A stretch of DNA of 64,000 bases, from positions 4,032,001-4,096,000 of the forward strand of contig OZ244561.1 in assembly GCA_965217585.1 (NCBI GenBank), in the 5' to 3' direction. The notes beneath the pieces are model-generated. The model ran no database searches and was not told the DNA's origin. It saw only the letters and a list, made by a program, of their open reading frames with translations. The DNA is from Candidatus Latescibacterota bacterium (lineage in GTDB: Bacteria > Latescibacterota > UBA2968 > UBA8231). Every line of letters starts with the position of its first letter. The stretch's first letter is position 1. The position numbers and the translations under genes are program-made. Below are positions 47,859 to 57,310 of the stretch, piece by piece.

Positions 47859-49367
47859 ATGAGCGAACAACAGAAGCCGCAGAAAAAACACCCATTTAAG
47901 TTACTTGCCTTGATCTTAGGCATGGTTGCTCTTTTGGGCGTTGGGGGCAAAATGTATGTCGATCACGCCGAGAAGCAACGTCAGGAGGAGGTATTTGTCG
48001 CAGAGGTGGGGCGTATGCCACATCCGAAGGGTGAGAACAAGGGAGAGCCCGACCTACATATTGCAGTGAGACTGAACTTGCCCGTGTTGACAGTATCCCT
48101 GCTTAATCAGGGGGCCGATGTCCATGCTAAAACTAACGACGGCTGGACATCGCTACACTGGGCGGCGCGTAATGATGCTTCTTCGACGGCTGCGGTGTTA
48201 CTTGAGTCGGGGGCCGATGTCCATGCCAAAAACAACGACGGCTGGACGGCGCTATACATAGCGGCGCGTAATGATGCTTCTTCGGTAGCGGGGTTGTTGC
48301 TCAAAGCAGGGGCCGATGTTCACGCCAAAGACAACGAAGGCAAAATGCCACTACACGCTGCGGCGGCGCATAATGCTGCTGCTGTTGCTGCGGTATTGCT
48401 CAAGGCAGGAGCCGATGTTCACGCCAAAGCCGGCTTCTATGGCACGCCACTGCACGCTGCGGCGGCGCATAATGCTGCTGCTGTTGCTGCGGTATTACTT
48501 GAGTCGGGGGCCGATATCCATGCCGAAAACAACGACGGCGAAACACCACTGCATAACATTTTTGGCTATGACATGGACGCAGCAAGAGTTGCTAGAGCAG
48601 GCAGATTTTCTAGGACGGCCGCTGCTTTTCTCGAAAAAAGACGGAGGGTGACACCAACTGACGCTGTCAATACACCGCTGCACCATCTGACGACATCTGA
48701 GGATGCAGATGCTTCTGCTGTTGCTGGTATGTTGCTTAAGGCAGGGGCCGACGCCAACGCCAAAAACAATGATGGTTCTACGGTTTTGCACTGGGCAGCG
48801 GCGCATAATGCTGCGGCTGTTGCTGCGGTATTACTTGAGTGGGAGGCCAACGTCAACGCCAAAGACAACTTTAACGACATGGGCTGGACACCACTGCACT
48901 GGGCGGTGAGTGAGGATGCTTCTGGTCTTACCGGTATGTTGCTTGAGTGGGGAGCCAACGTCAATGCCAAAGATAGCGATAAGGGCTGGACACCGCTGCA
49001 CGTTGCGGCGCAGCATAATGCTTCTGATACCGCCAAGATCTTGCTCAAGGCAGGAGCCGATGTCCACGCCAAAGCTGACTTTTTGGGCTTTACGCCACTA
49101 CATGTTGCGGCGCAGTATAATGCTTCTGCTGTTGCTGCGGTATTGCTCAAGGCAGGGGCCGACGCCAATGCCAAGGGAGTCTATGGTACTACACCGTTAC
49201 ACTGGGCGGCGCAGCATAATGCTTCTAATACCGCCGAGATATTGCTCAAGGCAGGAGCCAATGTCCACGCCCAAACAGACAACGGCAGGACGCCGCTGAG
49301 ATGCGCGATAGAGGAGGAGGATTTAGAGACAGCCGCGGTTTTGCGTCGTTATGGTGCCCGTAGGTGA
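47859..49367 (+). CDS. Ankyrin-repeat protein with N-terminal membrane anchor or signal
   Basis: About 13 repeats of G.TPLH.AA..N....A.VLL..GADV.AK; hydrophobic LLALILGMVALLGVGG. Confidence 0.95.
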   Translation: MSEQQKPQKKHPFKLLALILGMVALLGVGGKMYVDHAEKQRQEEVFVAEVGRMPHPKGENKGEPDLHIAVRLNLPVLTVSLLNQGADVHAKTNDGWTSLHWAARNDASSTAAVLLESGADVHAKNNDGWTALYIAARNDASSVAGLLLKAGADVHAKDNEGKMPLHAAAAHNAAAVAAVLLKAGADVHAKAGFYGTPLHAAAAHNAAAVAAVLLESGADIHAENNDGETPLHNIFGYDMDAARVARAGRFSRTAAAFLEKRRRVTPTDAVNTPLHHLTTSEDADASAVAGMLLKAGADANAKNNDGSTVLHWAAAHNAAAVAAVLLEWEANVNAKDNFNDMGWTPLHWAVSEDASGLTGMLLEWGANVNAKDSDKGWTPLHVAAQHNASDTAKILLKAGADVHAKADFLGFTPLHVAAQYNASAVAAVLLKAGADANAKGVYGTTPLHWAAQHNASNTAEILLKAGANVHAQTDNGRTPLRCAIEEEDLETAAVLRRYGARR

Positions 49368-49404
49368 AATAAGCTGATTCTATCTCTAAGCGAGTCGGGG
49401 GCGG

Positions 49405-49600
49405 ATGTCCACACTCGCCGATCCCTACGACCCAGACGCAATGCCACCCGACCTGCGCCAAGCGCACTCAGCCCTCGACCGCGTAGTAGATAGACTCTAT
49501 CGCCACGCCCGTTTCAATTCGGAGCGCGACCACATGGAGCATCTCTTTGAGCTTTACGGGCAAATGCAAGTGCCGCTGGCGGCGAAAGCGGCGGGGAAGT
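49405..49600 (+). pseudogene. C-terminal remnant of an MmeI-like Type IIL restriction-modification enzyme
   Basis: TLADPYDPDAMPPDLRQAHSALDRVVDRLY...SERDHMEHLFELY matches the MmeI-family C-terminus; the rest of the gene is absent; end approximate. Confidence 0.8.
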
Positions 49601-49634
49601 GGAGACGAGGTGAAGAAGCGTTGAGCTCGCTGCG

Positions 49635-52600
49635 CTACCGGGAGTCCCATAGCCGCTTCAATTCGAGAAATTTTTCGTTAGTTCTAAGGGTAGGATCGAC
49701 TTTGACTATCGACGCTAGTATATCTTCAATATCATAGGGCCAAGATAGGACATTATCTGATAGCACTGCATATAAGAGATCTAGCTTCTGACACGAGTGT
49801 TTTTTGAAGGCATCCTCAGACAACTTATGCAGCGGCGCATAATGGAGATGGAAATCTATCTTCGCAAGAAGTGGAAGAATTATTTGTACCAATTCTGGAA
49901 ATAGCTTTTCGCTGTAGAGTACCAAGTAGCATAAAGAAGAGGACACTGCTGGTGAGTTCGCCTTTCTCTGACGAGGCCATACATCTCTCAAGAACTCTGG
50001 CAACAATGATGTCCATTTGCCTCTGGTCTCCTCTTCTTCATTATTCCACAACTGCCTCATCTTATGCAACACATGGGATCGAAATTCATCATCTGCCTGC
50101 ACTAGAACAGCTCTGAACTCCTCATTGGAAATACAACGATCGCTCGTCCCCTCAATAACGCTCCCCCACCCAGATAAAATAATGCTTGAAAGCCCTTGGC
50201 TGTGCTCGCAGCGCGTCTTACCATCCTCTCTCGCGAGCTGAAATAAGTGCGGTTTTAAGCGCATAAACAACTCTTGGTTTACTGTCTTGTAACAGAAAAA
50301 CCCTCCCCAAAAAGCCTCTTTATCGTCAAGGTTGCTGGAATCGAGGGCCGAAAGTAGATTCGCTTCTGACCATTCGCGATTATTCACATAAAACCAGCTC
50401 ATCCTCTGTGCGAAGATCGCTACTGCCTGTCGGCTCAGATCGCCAGGCAAAGCAAGCAATTCATCTGCATACTCTAGAAAATCTGTTTGCTGAGCGCGAC
50501 ATAGAACTGATTGTGCAACTTTCCCGGCCGGTGCGTTAAGTGCCGTCGTCATCCAGTCCCGGACTCCGTCGATCTGCCAGACCCCCGAATCACTACTTTC
50601 CGGTTCTTTCGCTAGAATCCGGATTAGCGCACTCGTCACTCGGTGAAAACTTGTTGGATATTGGTCGGCAAGATGGTCACTCACGTTCAAAAGCCAGCTT
50701 GCTGCCGGTCTGATGAGTTCCGTATTCCCTTTATCTAGATAACGGGCTAATCGCTCGGCGATCAACGCCACAAATCTGGGTTTGTCGGTCTTTCGCTTCT
50801 CCGCATTCAGAAAGTCGCTCCACGCCCAATCTGGAAAATCCCCTTCCTTGGCTGCCATCCTGAGAGCGGTGAATGCTCTGACAGGGTGGTCATCGAGAGG
50901 TATATCCAATAATGCTGAATGCTCAGTTTCAGTGTTCATTGTCTCGATTCTAGTTCCCCGATATGCTACTATTTCATCGGCATATTCCGGCTTCCAATCT
51001 GGTACGAATCTCCGAAGCTTATCGGTCTCTTCTTCAAGATTGAGACTCAGTTTGCATCCTTTTTTCGACAACCAAGTTATCCGAGCTAGTATTGACAGAG
51101 CACGCCATTTTTTGAATTTCTCTTCGTCGTCTTCTTTCCGACGCACACGCCCTTTCAGGATCCGTTTTTCGATCTCGACACAAGTATCGTCATTCAGTCC
51201 ATCCCACCGAACCAATAGCGTATGCATCAAATCCCACTCATGGCTACGGTCCCAAAAGGCGTTATCACTCACATCGGCAAGCATAGAACCAAACTGATCA
51301 TCCGACACCAAGTCAGATTTGCCTGCGGCCCATATCCGCAGCCTTGTAAATATCGCGTCGTCTTCAATAGGCCATTTTGAAAACTCTCGTCTCGCCGCTT
51401 TAAGGTCGATCTGCATGAGACGCTCAAAAACAGATGTAAATTCAATGACGGCTCCGGATAGTCTGCGTTTGTGATCGCTGTCTGAACTCTGGTCTGGAAT
51501 AATAGAGCTTATACGACCAAGACCACCTCTGTCGGTTTCGGTCTCAAGCTCTATTGCAGTTTCGAGGTTCTTACGCAATACTATGACAACAGGAGTAACC
51601 CATTCATCTGGGATGTCGATATTTTCACTGTTATCTGCTGGATACACGACATCCAAATCAATAAGATCACTAAGACGAGGTGGCTCTACCTTCAAGTAGG
51701 GACGAGAACATGTAGCATAGGCACGAACAACGCTTCTGCTCCAACCGTCCTTTGAAATTCGTCTTTCCAATTCGTACCAAGCGTCCGAATCGGCATTACT
51801 ACCTCTACCTTGTTCCCAGTATTCGAGCAGATAGTACCAAGCCTCACGAATAGCGGGAGATATGGGCTGTTGTGAATCCGTAAGGGCCAAACGTATTTCG
51901 CGCCGAATATCGGGATGCAGAGGGGTTTTTCGCACCGCCCACCAAACCGCCGCAGGCTGGCCAGCAACATCCTTTATCCACTCACCCATTTGGCGAAGCC
52001 GCGAAGGAAGGGGCGGCACATTGTACGCCCAACGACCTGTTATCGAAGGAAAATTGTCATCGCTTAAGTTGGTTTTATCGAGGTGGTTCAGATCAAAGGC
52101 ATCCCAAGTATCGGTTGGCACCTTACTTTCAGAGAAATGACCTGTAGGATTAGCTTTGTCTGGTGGCACATCCGAGTCGATGCGGTAAAGATCAAAAGGA
52201 TCGACGTATGGTCCCTCCTGCAAAAAGCCACCTAACTTTCCCGGTTCACCATAGCGTCTGTACGAATCGAAAACACACAGCCACTCTGCCGGAGGAGGTT
52301 CTTCTCCCTCCGAAAATTTTCTGACCCCCTCAACCGTCGAAACGATGTGAGCAACTTGCCCACGCTCATGCGGCGAAAGGCTTTGAGGCCCCTGCTTCGA
52401 TTTATTGATGACCCCCGAATACCATTTATCGGGATCTCGTGCTCTCTGCGCCCATGCCTCCAACGTGTGCCAAAGCTCAGTATGGTCGGAATCTTCCGCA
52501 TAGGGAATGGCCTTAACCCCTCTGTGCCCCCATTTAGCGGTCGCTTCGTCCGCCTCACCCGGTTGAAAAGCATAGACCTGGCGTTCATTAATCTGTCTGT

Positions 52601-53312
52601 TTAGTCCTTCTAACAAATAATGAACAGGAGGATCGTCCGCCGCGTAGCCGACGAAGACAACGACGTATCTGTCAATGATTTCTCGAAAGAAGGAAGTAGC
52701 CCAACCCTCCGAAAGATACGCCTGTCCAAATTGGGAACTGGACAGAACAAATCCAGCGTCTTTAGCCTTTTTATAATCAGGTGTAACTTTGCCGTGAAGA
52801 TAGACAATGCCGTCCATATCTTTTGGCCGCGACGGATCAGGCAAACGAGACCGTTGCCACGATGAAAGGCCGCGACCACAATCATCAAATAGACGATCAA
52901 AGTTGGTCGTTACGACATGAACTAAATTTTCCCTAGTGGTTGCGAGGTCGAGGATTATGCGATGAGCCGTCAAATCCGGTTCATCACCCGGTCGTAGCGC
53001 GGAAGCCACCGCCTCTTCTATAGAGTTCAAGGGAAAGTCTTGCTCAAGCAGACCGAATATCCGATCCGCCGGGATTACACCGACCACACCGGTTTTGGTC
53101 TCCAAGTTACGCGCTTCCTCAAGTAGTTTCCGGGCTGGACTATCAACTAAAACCCCAAGAGTTTCCATGACTTTTTCTGCCAAACCAAAGAAGCCCGGCA
53201 GCCCTGCCTTGGCCTGTGAGACCCCAGCACCACAGAAGAAAACTACTCGGCCCTCATCACGGGCGTGGAGAAGCTCATCCGGAATCGCCGGACCATTTTC
53301 AAAAAACCGCAT
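49635..53312 (-). CDS. SIR2-domain anti-phage protein, Dsr1-like
   Basis: GPAIPDELLHARDEGRVVFFCGAGVS, TTNFD, YLHG, FVGYAADDPP; 1225 aa with helical C-terminal region ending FLRDVWP. Confidence 0.85.
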   Translation of the reverse strand: MRFFENGPAIPDELLHARDEGRVVFFCGAGVSQAKAGLPGFFGLAEKVMETLGVLVDSPARKLLEEARNLETKTGVVGVIPADRIFGLLEQDFPLNSIEEAVASALRPGDEPDLTAHRIILDLATTRENLVHVVTTNFDRLFDDCGRGLSSWQRSRLPDPSRPKDMDGIVYLHGKVTPDYKKAKDAGFVLSSSQFGQAYLSEGWATSFFREIIDRYVVVFVGYAADDPPVHYLLEGLNRQINERQVYAFQPGEADEATAKWGHRGVKAIPYAEDSDHTELWHTLEAWAQRARDPDKWYSGVINKSKQGPQSLSPHERGQVAHIVSTVEGVRKFSEGEEPPPAEWLCVFDSYRRYGEPGKLGGFLQEGPYVDPFDLYRIDSDVPPDKANPTGHFSESKVPTDTWDAFDLNHLDKTNLSDDNFPSITGRWAYNVPPLPSRLRQMGEWIKDVAGQPAAVWWAVRKTPLHPDIRREIRLALTDSQQPISPAIREAWYYLLEYWEQGRGSNADSDAWYELERRISKDGWSRSVVRAYATCSRPYLKVEPPRLSDLIDLDVVYPADNSENIDIPDEWVTPVVIVLRKNLETAIELETETDRGGLGRISSIIPDQSSDSDHKRRLSGAVIEFTSVFERLMQIDLKAARREFSKWPIEDDAIFTRLRIWAAGKSDLVSDDQFGSMLADVSDNAFWDRSHEWDLMHTLLVRWDGLNDDTCVEIEKRILKGRVRRKEDDEEKFKKWRALSILARITWLSKKGCKLSLNLEEETDKLRRFVPDWKPEYADEIVAYRGTRIETMNTETEHSALLDIPLDDHPVRAFTALRMAAKEGDFPDWAWSDFLNAEKRKTDKPRFVALIAERLARYLDKGNTELIRPAASWLLNVSDHLADQYPTSFHRVTSALIRILAKEPESSDSGVWQIDGVRDWMTTALNAPAGKVAQSVLCRAQQTDFLEYADELLALPGDLSRQAVAIFAQRMSWFYVNNREWSEANLLSALDSSNLDDKEAFWGGFFCYKTVNQELFMRLKPHLFQLAREDGKTRCEHSQGLSSIILSGWGSVIEGTSDRCISNEEFRAVLVQADDEFRSHVLHKMRQLWNNEEEETRGKWTSLLPEFLRDVWPRQRKANSPAVSSSLCYLVLYSEKLFPELVQIILPLLAKIDFHLHYAPLHKLSEDAFKKHSCQKLDLLYAVLSDNVLSWPYDIEDILASIVKVDPTLRTNEKFLELKRLWDSR

Positions 53313-53340
53313 TACTTCGCCTTGTCTATTAACTGGCTAA

Positions 53341-53661
53341 CTACTGGTCCGGACTTCCGTGGATGGTTCCCAAGTCGCGCTGGAGCTCTTCGAGGTCGTA
53401 TTGGGCAGGCACCTTTCTGGCACGGGCATAATCCATCATCTCCCACAAGGAGACTCCAGCATCGCGCGCAGCTCGCGCCAGCGTGAGCTTTCCATCTCCA
53501 TACAGCCGGACGTAGTGCTCGAGCTTCCATTGCTGGATCGCTTTCGAGAGTAGCCGGCGCACAGTGGTCGAGCGATCGGACTGCTCAACCTCCTCGATAA
53601 ACGCCAATTCGCGGACCAACTCCGAGGGGAGCCTAGTGCCGACCATCTGTTCCTTCTTCAT
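53341..53661 (-). CDS. UPF0175 family protein with N-terminal ribbon-helix-helix
   Basis: TRLP...DRSTTVRRLL and LYGDGKLTLARAARDAGVSLWEM...YDLEELQRDL. Confidence 0.78.
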   Translation of the reverse strand: MKKEQMVGTRLPSELVRELAFIEEVEQSDRSTTVRRLLSKAIQQWKLEHYVRLYGDGKLTLARAARDAGVSLWEMMDYARARKVPAQYDLEELQRDLGTIHGSPDQ

Positions 53662-53872
53662 CTGTTTCCCTCCCGTGCAAGTCTCAATAGGTCAAGCACG
53701 CCGGACACCGCTGTCATTTTTCTTGTCAAAATTGCTGACATTTTTTATGCTTTTTTATCATACTAATTTATATTAGTTATTTGAAAACAATTACTTATAA
53801 GTGGGAAAAACGAGACAAGTAAGCGGTCATACAAAGCGGCACATTCTTGGATCGTGTTTGCTCTTGACCACT

Positions 53873-53926
53873 CTGGATTTCCGCCCCGTGTCGGGGCACG
53901 GGGTGACGTTCTTCCACGGGAATGAC
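53873..53926. repeat. REP-like palindrome (GTCATTCCCG...GGAATCCAG type) with a nested hairpin
   Basis: Minus strand reads GTCATTCCCGTGGAAG...GCGGAAATCCAG; inner CCCCGTG-N6-CACGGGG at 53884-53903. Confidence 0.65.
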
Positions 53927-54010
53927 GGTACTTGCTGTCTCCGGTCACTGGCGATGCGACCGGTCCTGTCAGCGCCGTTCTTCTCGCCAACCGATCTACC
54001 CTGGCGCAAC

Positions 54011-55306
54011 CTAAGCGGCTGAAAGCGACCGGCGCAGCGCCTGCCGCGTCCCAGCCAAGTCGAAACAGGCCTCTTGGTTGCCGCGCATGAAGCGAGTCGC
54101 CAGCTCTATGGCTTCGGCCTCGGTCAGCAGGCCGTCGTCTATCTCGCCTTGGAGGGCGCGGGTGAGCCAGCGCCGCGCCTGAATCGCGTAGGCCACCGAG
54201 CTAGTCGGCCAGCCGGTGTCGCCGCCAAAGGCGAAGAGCTTGGACGCGGGAGCCGCGTGGATAAAGCGGCGCACGAAGTCGCACGAGCTGTACGGGTCAA
54301 TGGACCACGCCCAGCAGAGGTCGGCGTACACGTTGCGGTAGTGCTTGGCTAGCGCGACCAATTCGTTGGAATAGGGATAGGCGATGTGCATCAGCACAAA
54401 GCGGCAATCGAGGTAGCGGGCCAGCAAGGGACAGAGATTGCCGCTTTTGATGCGGTCAACGGGCATGCGGTCGTTGCCAGCGTAGTAGCCGGTGTGGATC
54501 TTGAACGGCAACTCGTATTCGATCGCCAATTCGGTGCCCCGCGCCCAGCACCAGTCGCCCAATAGCAACCGGCTCGGCTCGTCGAGCTCGGTGCCCTGGA
54601 GCAGGTGTTGGAGTACGCGCTCGGCGTCGGCGTCGGCGCGCTCTTCCCAGCGCAGCGTGCGATTGTACGCGTGCTGGGCTTTGACCGCAATGGCATGGGG
54701 GCCGTGCTGGTCAAAGATGGCTTCCATGCCCTGCTTGAGACTAGCCAAGTCGGTGACAGCCACGCCAGTTTCTCGCTCAATGGCCTCGGCGTCGATTTGG
54801 CCGTTGCAAAAGGTGGCCCACGACAAGTCGTAGAGGAAGAAGTCCACGCCGGACTCGTCGGGCGAGCAGGGCCAAGAGAAGTCGTCGGTCTGCACGTGGT
54901 CCAACCGGCCTATTTGGCTGAGCAGCTCGTGCCGCCCGCCGGGTTGACGCCAAGCGCTGAGCTTTTCTTGCGCCTTGTCCAGTTCGTCGCCGCTAAAATC
55001 GGCCATGCCATAAACTTCGTGCGCGAGAATGCGCACAGCCTCGCCGTAGCCGGTGAAGCGGATGGCCGCAAAGGCCGCGCGGATACAATCAAAGCGCGCG
55101 CCAAAGTCCGGGTCGGAAGCGTCGTTGAGCTGGTGCAAGTCTTCGCGGGTAGCGCCGGCGGCTATCAGGTCGGCGGGCACGTAGTTGCCAAAAAGGTCTT
55201 GCAAAATGTCCGGGCCATTCTCGACCCAGTCGCGCTCCTTGCGCAGGTGCTCGTGCGTGTCGATTAGCAGCGTGTCTTCGATGTGTTGACGCAGGTCCGT
55301 GGCCAT
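54011..55306 (-). CDS. Amidohydrolase superfamily protein
   Basis: IDTHEH, KIHTG, LMHIAYPY, FGGD metal-binding pattern. Confidence 0.85.
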   Translation of the reverse strand: MATDLRQHIEDTLLIDTHEHLRKERDWVENGPDILQDLFGNYVPADLIAAGATREDLHQLNDASDPDFGARFDCIRAAFAAIRFTGYGEAVRILAHEVYGMADFSGDELDKAQEKLSAWRQPGGRHELLSQIGRLDHVQTDDFSWPCSPDESGVDFFLYDLSWATFCNGQIDAEAIERETGVAVTDLASLKQGMEAIFDQHGPHAIAVKAQHAYNRTLRWEERADADAERVLQHLLQGTELDEPSRLLLGDWCWARGTELAIEYELPFKIHTGYYAGNDRMPVDRIKSGNLCPLLARYLDCRFVLMHIAYPYSNELVALAKHYRNVYADLCWAWSIDPYSSCDFVRRFIHAAPASKLFAFGGDTGWPTSSVAYAIQARRWLTRALQGEIDDGLLTEAEAIELATRFMRGNQEACFDLAGTRQALRRSLSAA

Positions 55307-55336
55307 GAGGTATTGCTCCGGTTTGAGGTGTCGCGT

Positions 55337-55374
55337 TCCCAGGCTTCATTAACAATCCCAAGCTTCATTAACAA
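55337..55374. repeat. 19 bp tandem duplication in a divergent intergenic region
   Basis: TCCCAGGCTTCATTAACAA followed by TCCCAAGCTTCATTAACAA. Confidence 0.75.
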
Positions 55375-55386
55375 TAACAATACAAT

Positions 55387-55815
55387 ATGGATTGGCATCC
55401 CTTCATCGTCCACTACCCTATCGCGCTCTTGTCGCTGAGTCCGCTGTGCGATCTAGGCGCACTGTGGCTAGGTCGCCGCGCCGGGCACCACCTAGCGTAC
55501 GGCTTGCTGGTGTTGGGCGTACTAGCGGCGACAGCCGCCGTGCTCAGCGGCAACGCGGCCGCGACCAATGCTTGGGAGGGACCGGCCGCCGCGCCGTTAG
55601 CCACGCACGAATCCCTCGCTACTTGGACCTTGCTGTTGGGATTGGGGACCGTTCTCGGGCGCTTGCCTTTGCACCTCAAGGGGCGGCTTGCAGGATGGCC
55701 GCTCTATGCGTGGATCGCCCTCGGCGTCCTGATCGGCGGCTTGGTCTTGTGGACGGGCTACTGCGGCAGCGAATTGGTCTATGTACACGGCTTGGGCGTG
55801 CGGGCCGATGGCTGA
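55387..55815 (+). CDS. DUF2231-family membrane protein
   Basis: HPFIVHYPIAL start, four TM helices, TGYCGSELVY.HGLGV end. Confidence 0.8.
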   Translation: MDWHPFIVHYPIALLSLSPLCDLGALWLGRRAGHHLAYGLLVLGVLAATAAVLSGNAAATNAWEGPAAAPLATHESLATWTLLLGLGTVLGRLPLHLKGRLAGWPLYAWIALGVLIGGLVLWTGYCGSELVYVHGLGVRADG

Positions 55816-55891
55816 GCCGCCGGCTGGTTGGCGGAATCTGTTTGGCTTATCTTCGCCGCAACTTTTCACGCCTGCAAACTAGGAGCAACCC

Positions 55892-57301
55892 GTGAATCGC
55901 CCCAACATACTACTCATTATGACGGACGAACACGCGCCCATGTACAGCGGCCCCTACGGACATCCGCTCGTGCAGACGCCCTTTATGGATCAATTGGCCG
56001 CCGAGGGCGCGACCTTTGACAACGCCTATTGCAACTCGCCGCTCTGCCTGCCGTCGCGGATGTCGTTTATGACCGGCCGCTACATCAGCCAGATCGGGGC
56101 CTTTGACAATGCCAGCCCCCTGCCGTCGGATGCGGTCACTTGGGCCCATCGGCTGCGCGCCGTCGGCTACGACGTGGTACTCTCGGGCAAACAGCACTTT
56201 TGCGGCCCCGATCAGCTACACGGCTTCCACGCCCAACTAGCGCGCGATTTGCACGCCGAGTTGTGGACCAAAGATGGCGTCCTGCGCGGCACGCCCGACT
56301 GGAGCAAGGGCACGCCCCCAGCCGACAAGCCCTGGGGTGGGGTCGCCGAGGCCGGGCCGGGGACGACCTTGGAAATCGAAGTCGATGATCTGGTGGAGCA
56401 GCAGGCGTTGGCCTACCTGCGCGACCCGGCCCGCAAGGAGCAGCCCTGGGCACTAAATGTCTCATTTATTGCGCCGCATTTTCCGCTCGTAGTGCCCGAG
56501 CGGTTTTTCAATCTCTATCCCCTCGACCAAATCGACATGCCGGAAATTCCCCCCGGCCACCTCGAAAGCCAGCACCCCGTACACCAGCGGATGCGGGCGA
56601 TGTTCGGGGCGGTCGATTTCCCCGCAGAACAGGTGCGCCGCGCACGCGCTGGCTACTACGGGCTGATTACCTATCTGGACGAGAAGATCGGCCACCTGCT
56701 CGCCGCCCTAGAAGAAACCGGGCAGCGCGACAATACGCTCATCGTGCATTTCAGCGATCACGGGGAAATGAACGGCGAGCACGGCATGTGGCGGAAGTCG
56801 AGCATGTACGAGGCGTCCGCCAAGGTGCCGCTGCAAATGGTCTATCCTGGGCAGATTCCCGCCGGGCAGCACATCGGCGAGGTAGTCTCGCTAGTGGATC
56901 TGGTGGCGACCATTGTCGATATGGCCGACGCGCCCAGCGCGGGGCCGCTGGACGGCGATAGTCTGTTGGGATTGCTACAAGGGCAAGACGCAAACTGGAA
57001 GGACGAAGCATTTTCCGAATACCTCGCCCACGGCGTGAAGCGGCCAACAGCCATGTTGCGGTGCGGCCGCTACAAGCTCCACTACAGCTTGGGAGATCCG
57101 CCCCAGCTATACGACGTGGAGGCCGATCCCAACGAGTTCGACGACCTAGCGAACCATCCAGCCCACGCGGTCACCTTAGCCGTCCTCCAAAAGCGGCTAC
57201 TGTCCGAGTGGGACCCGGTCGCCTTAGAAGCGCAGGTGCGGCAAAGCCAGCAAGATCGGCTCTTGATCGAACAAGCCGCACAGCGACCTCCCAACCAATA
57301 G
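55892..57301 (+). CDS. Sulfatase (choline-sulfatase-like)
   Basis: PNILLIMTDEH, CLPSR formylglycine motif, GKQHF, SDHGEM, KSSMYE. Confidence 0.92.
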   Translation: MNRPNILLIMTDEHAPMYSGPYGHPLVQTPFMDQLAAEGATFDNAYCNSPLCLPSRMSFMTGRYISQIGAFDNASPLPSDAVTWAHRLRAVGYDVVLSGKQHFCGPDQLHGFHAQLARDLHAELWTKDGVLRGTPDWSKGTPPADKPWGGVAEAGPGTTLEIEVDDLVEQQALAYLRDPARKEQPWALNVSFIAPHFPLVVPERFFNLYPLDQIDMPEIPPGHLESQHPVHQRMRAMFGAVDFPAEQVRRARAGYYGLITYLDEKIGHLLAALEETGQRDNTLIVHFSDHGEMNGEHGMWRKSSMYEASAKVPLQMVYPGQIPAGQHIGEVVSLVDLVATIVDMADAPSAGPLDGDSLLGLLQGQDANWKDEAFSEYLAHGVKRPTAMLRCGRYKLHYSLGDPPQLYDVEADPNEFDDLANHPAHAVTLAVLQKRLLSEWDPVALEAQVRQSQQDRLLIEQAAQRPPNQ

Positions 57302-57310
57302 GAACAAGTC

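Noticed and set aside
47990-49360. Periodic DNA repeats as a possible CRISPR array
   Set aside because: About 99 bp in-frame ankyrin coding repeats with no unique spacers and no cas genes.
49601-49737. 3' part of the 110 aa ORF 49405-49737
   Set aside because: Read-through antisense to the sirtuin gene end; only the first about 65 codons resemble MmeI.
53312-53350. Possible toxin stub (GPVVSQLIDKAK) after the second UPF0175 gene
   Set aside because: Too short and too weakly similar to a PIN N-terminus to support.
53830-54000. GC-rich structured intergenic region as a riboswitch or tRNA
   Set aside because: No riboswitch consensus or cloverleaf recognised; it fits a REP-like nested palindrome better.
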